Part shown: positions 37,681-41,926 of the stretch, in pieces
Numbering within the stretch: the stretch's first letter is position 1
How the letters are laid out: each line of letters opens with the position of its first letter
Assembly: GCA_046735395.1 (NCBI GenBank)
Contig: JBJKQR010000043.1
Coordinates: 1 to 41,926, forward strand
DNA: 41,926 nt
Origin: Fidelibacterota bacterium
GTDB lineage: Bacteria; Fidelibacterota; Fidelibacteria; Fidelibacterales; DSDE01
Direction: 5' to 3'
Translations under genes and position numbers: made by a program
The notes under the pieces: model-generated
What the model saw: only the letters and a program-made list of their open reading frames with translations
The model's database searches: none
What the model was told of the DNA's origin: nothing

Positions 37681-38334
37681 CTATTCCGATATTTCAAAAA
37701 CCATATCCACTACATCCGAATGCTGCAGATTCTGCGGTTCAATGTCATAATTCACGGCGTCTTCACTTATCATCAGATCTGAATAGCGGTTCTCATGATA
37801 GACATGAACTTCCTTCGTCCCGTACTGAATATTTTTAATTCCACCCAGTCTGATACCGGCAGCATCGGCAATGGTTTTCGCATTATCCATCGCTGTCTTC
37901 ACCGCTTCGGCCAGCGCCCTCTTCCGCAGGCTCTCCCTGTCCCGCACAGAAAAGCTGAGAGAAAATCTCGATCCGGAATGCAGCGATGCGATATGATTGA
38001 GGACCGTGTTCAGATATTCCTTATCCATATCCAAGGCGATTTGAAGACTGTGGTCGGCACGATATCCGCTGAATATCCGTTCCCTGATTTCCCGGTCTCC
38101 ATCCTTCCGTTTTTCTTCCCGATACAGTATATCAACGGAAAAATCCTTCGTTTTCAGGTCAGAACCTTCAATTCCCGCTTCCTGCAATACAGCCCGCAAT
38201 TCCTCCGTCTGTCGTCCCAGATCATTCAGACTTTCCTCATAGGACCATTCCTCACTGCTGAGGTCAAAGGATATTTCAACCCTGTCCGGCTTCACGCTGC
38301 AGTGTCCCCTGCCCTGAACGGCTAATTCACCCAT
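37681..38334 (-). CDS. SIMPL/DUF541-family protein
   Basis: VQGRG...VKPD, ALAEAVKTAMDNAKTIADAAGIRLG; RBS AGGAGG. Confidence 0.85.
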   Translation of the reverse strand: MGELAVQGRGHCSVKPDRVEISFDLSSEEWSYEESLNDLGRQTEELRAVLQEAGIEGSDLKTKDFSVDILYREEKRKDGDREIRERIFSGYRADHSLQIALDMDKEYLNTVLNHIASLHSGSRFSLSFSVRDRESLRKRALAEAVKTAMDNAKTIADAAGIRLGGIKNIQYGTKEVHVYHENRYSDLMISEDAVNYDIEPQNLQHSDVVDMVFEISE

Positions 38335-38464
38335 AGTTTCCTCCTGCTCCCCTGATTAGTTAAATATTTGATATGCAATGCCCAAGCTTCTACACCTGTC
38401 ATGGTAAGATCCGGAAAGCAAAATTATCCGGAGCGTTACCGGAATACGAAAATATTAAATAAAA

Positions 38465-39079
38465 TTATTTCAGGGAATAAAACAGAACCACCACACCGAA
38501 GAGAACGGAAAAGTAGGAGGAGAAATGGGAAAATTTCATAATGAAGGTATCGTCCACTTTCTTCCGGACATGCTGAAGAAGGTAGGAAATCATAATCCAC
38601 ATCAGATAAGTTCCCAGAAAAACGGCAAAGGAGATGGCCAGCGAGCCGCCTACTCCGATCTGTCCCTTGGCAATGCCGAAGATGGTGAAGAGGGCCGTGA
38701 ACATGACAAAAGTGCTGGGATTCAGAAACATGAGAATGAAGGTTGAAAAGAAGTCCGCAAATTTATTATTGCGCTTCAGCGTGGGGTATTCGACTTTGGG
38801 GCTGTTGAAAATCGTATTCAGGCCATAGAGAATCAGAAACAGGCCGATCACAATTTCAATGGGCTGATGTTCGAGCTGAATCCAGTGAGAAAAGGATGCC
38901 AGGCCGTGCACTGCGATAAAGGACCACAGGAAAAAGGCCACGGAAATGCCCAGCGCAGAAAGAATTCCGGAGCTTATACCGTGAACCAGTGATTTTCTGA
39001 GACAGAGCAGACGCAGAGGACCGAGGGGGGCCGCCGCGATAAAACCGATGATAAAGCTGATTAAAATTTTTTCATTCAT
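38465..39079 (-). CDS. LysE-family translocator
   Basis: AAPLGP...LC...G...SALG, FLNPST; about 6 TM segments. Confidence 0.85.
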   Translation of the reverse strand: MNEKILISFIIGFIAAAPLGPLRLLCLRKSLVHGISSGILSALGISVAFFLWSFIAVHGLASFSHWIQLEHQPIEIVIGLFLILYGLNTIFNSPKVEYPTLKRNNKFADFFSTFILMFLNPSTFVMFTALFTIFGIAKGQIGVGGSLAISFAVFLGTYLMWIMISYLLQHVRKKVDDTFIMKFSHFSSYFSVLFGVVVLFYSLK

Positions 39080-39460
39080 GTCACTAATTTCCGTATTTTT
39101 TTTGCAAATTTATAATTGTTTTTTAATTCATTCGACAAATTCAGCCGTCAGTGGAGGAAAAACCGTCCGAATTCCGAGGCATTTTGACACTTTTTAACCA
39201 TGGCAAAAACCTGAATCTTTCAACCTTCCCATACTCCTGTTCACAGCCGGTCTCGTGACGGCTCCGCCCTGTTGAGTCCCATTTCCATACAGCCGCGTTC
39301 CTGCAGGAATCCTGTTTAACTGTCTGGCTTAATTCACTCAATACAGCGGCCTTATTTTACGGATGAATTCCGATTATACAAAAACTTTTATATGATTCGT
39401 AAAGGGTGAGCGGTCACTCAGTCCTTCCTGCAACAGTAAGTTCCAGACCCTTTGCTGTTC

Positions 39461-39637
39461 TCATTTATTATCTCGGGAATGGCTGATCAGCGCCGCTGTC
39501 AACAGGCAGAGGCAGAGCCCCGCACAGGCCACATCATCTGTAATGATTGCAGCCATGAAGAAAATCAGGCCTGCGCCATAGAGCCGCCGTGTGAGATGGC
39601 GCACCGGTGCAGCTATGGATGAGCGGGTTGAATTCAT
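39461..39637 (-). CDS. Small 58-aa membrane protein missing from the ORF track
   Basis: Hand translation MNSTRSSIAAPVRHLTRRLYGAGLIFFMAAIITDDVACAGLCLCLLTAALISHSRDNK*; GGGGGA RBS; 30 nt downstream of the PocR gene. Confidence 0.5.
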   Translation of the reverse strand: MNSTRSSIAAPVRHLTRRLYGAGLIFFMAAIITDDVACAGLCLCLLTAALISHSRDNK

Positions 39638-39666
39638 CAGTCCCCCTATCGCCTCGCACAGATCGG

Positions 39667-40458
39667 TTAACCCTTCACAACTCCCTTTTCCACGAGTACT
39701 TTATACTGGTCGGGATAATAACTTTTCATGCAGTCCGGACAGAGTCCGTGCGAAACTTTTGCCTCAGAATGTTTTTTGATATAAATATCCACCTGCTCCC
39801 AGTAACCCTCGTCATCACGGATCTTCTTACAGATGGAACAGACCGGAAGAATACCGCGCAAACTATGGATTTCATCGAGAGACGTCTGCAGTTCCTGAGT
39901 GCGTTCTTCGACTTTTCGCTCCAGCTCCTTTTCCGTTTCCATCTGCTTCTGCAGCAGATGTCCCGTGCTGCCCAGCATCTGCGCGAGCGTCGCCAGAAAG
40001 GTCATGACCGCCGGCATGCGGTTCTCGGGGATGATCTTCACCTCATCCACAGCTTTCAGATAAGAAATTTCCTCGAAACCGAATTCCTTCGCCTGGGCAC
40101 GAAAGAAGTCCTTATCCGGCGCTTCGTGAAACATCTGTCCGGTAAACATGTTCGCCACATGGCTTCCGTCAATGATCACCGGAGTACAGTAATCAACCAG
40201 GCCGTTGGGGCATTTGTACCCCACATAGGGTCCGTCATGAAGATGATCCAGGATATATTTGTCACTTTCCAGACAGCGGGCACAGGTCTGCGGATTCACG
40301 CGGTGATAGTCGGTACAGATTTTCTGCCAGCCGACAGCGGTCAGCACATTACTGTCATTGTCAATCAAAGCATGATTGATGCCGGTGGCTTCGTAAAGCG
40401 CCTCCATCAGCTTCTGCAAAGCCGGCAGATCGATAATCCTTGACAGATCCGTTTCCAT
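39667..40458 (-). CDS. PocR ligand-binding domain protein with C-terminal CxxC...HGxCPxC domain
   Basis: GWQKICTDYHR...CLESD...YKCPNGLVD...FTGQ (PocR); coiled coil; PVCSICKKIRDDEGYW...SHGLCPDC. Confidence 0.85.
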   Translation of the reverse strand: METDLSRIIDLPALQKLMEALYEATGINHALIDNDSNVLTAVGWQKICTDYHRVNPQTCARCLESDKYILDHLHDGPYVGYKCPNGLVDYCTPVIIDGSHVANMFTGQMFHEAPDKDFFRAQAKEFGFEEISYLKAVDEVKIIPENRMPAVMTFLATLAQMLGSTGHLLQKQMETEKELERKVEERTQELQTSLDEIHSLRGILPVCSICKKIRDDEGYWEQVDIYIKKHSEAKVSHGLCPDCMKSYYPDQYKVLVEKGVVKG

Positions 40459-40668
40459 AAAACTCCTGAATGCCGAAAGGGAAGATCAGAGGCTGAAATC
40501 CGAAGCCCGGGTCGGGCACAGCCTACAGCATCAATATACTCAGCACTCTAGCTCATCTCAAATCTTTTCTGAAAATGTTCCAGTATGATATCTCACATTA
40601 ATTTTTATATCCGCAACACCGCCGGGTCCGTATACGAAGCTGAATTCCCTTAATGCCGGATAATGCTT

Positions 40669-41043
40669 TTATTTCTGCAGCAGCCAGTCCAGGGCATCTC
40701 CCCGCTCCCGGAACACCTCGCTGACTCCCTTCCATTTATTATCGACAAAGACCTGCCACATCCGCCCCATGCCGTATTCCAGATCTCCGGGAACCAGAAT
40801 CGCCATCCGCGACATACCCAGAGCCTCTTTCTGTGTATGCACGATATCCGCGAGCACTTCCATTCCTGGAATGGTCAGCGTGCCCGCGTTGAGATCTGCA
40901 TGATTGATCAGCAGAGGAAAACCCGGTTTCCAGCGCGGGTGGCCGCACAGCTCCTTCAGCAGGTCCCGGAATCCATCCGCCGCCCCGTCTCCGTGGGTAA
41001 TAACTTCTGCATAGTCATCATTATGATAAATTTCGTAGTCCAT
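40669..41043 (-). CDS. STAS/SpoIIAA-like small protein
   Basis: 124 aa from ATG after GAGGGGAG; RMAILV...YGMGRMW...VFRERGDALDWL pattern. Confidence 0.65.
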   Translation of the reverse strand: MDYEIYHNDDYAEVITHGDGAADGFRDLLKELCGHPRWKPGFPLLINHADLNAGTLTIPGMEVLADIVHTQKEALGMSRMAILVPGDLEYGMGRMWQVFVDNKWKGVSEVFRERGDALDWLLQK

Positions 41044-41139
41044 CTCTCCCCTCTGAAACCCTGCCTGTTTACGGAGCGCTATCACCCCTTGTTTTACAGG
41101 CCTAATTCTATACAATCTCCCGCCCCATGGCAAGCAGGA

Positions 41140-41926
41140 AAATGAGCTGCCGGAAACAGACCGAGGTTGAAGGTAAGTTTGAAACGTTCAGAAGTTGAGA
41201 AGTTTTATATGGGGAAACGAGAAACAGTTGCCATTGAATATATCGAAATACTCATAGAGACGTTGTATGCAACGTCTGTACCCGCTGTAAAGAGTCATGC
41301 ATGTCTCGATTTTATCGGCTTCACTCGCAACTCGTAAATCAGATTGCGCTGCGGATCAGGTCCGCAGTGACAGTCCGCAATGACATAGGCTTCGGCTCCG
41401 CTCAGCAACCGGGTGATACCACTCAGTCACCGTCGGTTTCGTTCCAGCAAAAGTTTCACCTTTTGCCCCGACGCCCTCTCGTCTCGCTTGCCGCGTCGAA
41501 GTAAAACGAAGACGGGCTACTCGCAACTCGCTACTCGATCCTGTCGAAGCGAAGCGAAGACGGGGTTGGCGGGTTGGTGCGGAAGAATGTTTCTCGCCCC
41601 GCTTAAAACAGCGGGGTTAACGCCGACCGCAAAGGGCGCGAAGGAAGGTTAAGGTTAAGGTTGAGGAAGAAACGAGAATTTGCTCTGCTGTGAAAGCCGA
41701 CAGTCTCGGGAATATTACGTTGTAATCTTGAACGGCTGTTTCAGGAGCCGGGAACCGGCGACGCAAGCTTCAAACTTCCGGCTTCCAGCTTCTTTCAACC
41801 GCGTTGATGCGGAAGAATGTTTCTCGCCCCGCTTAAAACAGCGGGGTTAACGCCGACCGCAAAGGGCGCGAAGGAAGGCTAAGGCTAAGGTTGAGGTTGA
41901 GGTTGAGGAAGAAACGAGAAACTGCC
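41140..41926. repeat. Mosaic non-coding repeat locus 3, running off the window end
   Basis: GAAACGAG at 41214, 41669 and 41911; direct repeat 41578-41648 = 41808-41878 (230-nt offset); modules shared with loci 1 and 2. Confidence 0.88.

Noticed and set aside
39141..39341. 66-aa TTG-start ORF
   Set aside because: No SD sequence, no motif and atypical composition; probably spurious
17400..41100. Integron cassette array, suggested by many short co-oriented accessory genes
   Set aside because: No attC-like RYYYAAC...GTTRRRY inverted sites recognised between genes and no intI; many genes are translationally coupled or have their own promoters

Overview
Bacterial chromosomal segment. The FlgD/T9SS-like C-terminal sorting domain and the gene content suggest an FCB-superphylum organism such as Marinimicrobia, Calditrichota or KSB1; this placement is inference. 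From 974 to 15509 there is a + strand housekeeping block: eukaryote-type citrate synthase, ChoD-like GMC oxidoreductase plus aldehyde dehydrogenase, C4 zinc-ribbon protein, rnpB, recJ, fabH, PgpH-like 7TM-HD hydrolase, ybeY, CorC/hemolysin, mazG, Rrf2 regulator and a Nudix hydrolase. From 15555 to 41043 almost every gene is on the - strand. This part holds nadAC and then an accessory region of signalling proteins (MEDS, PAS hybrid kinase, GGDEF, PocR, Cache-like), D-amino-acid enzymes, IorAB-like molybdoenzyme, an AT-rich two-gene surface-protein island and a Fic protein whose catalytic His is replaced by Tyr. The least explained structure is non-coding. Three same-orientation mosaic repeat loci (1-720, 32740-33290, 41140-41926) are built from a recurring GAAACGAG anchor spaced about 220-245 nt apart, 6/7/8-mer tandem tracts and REP-like hairpins that are shuffled between loci. 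No transposase, integrase, cas gene, tRNA or rRNA was recognised.
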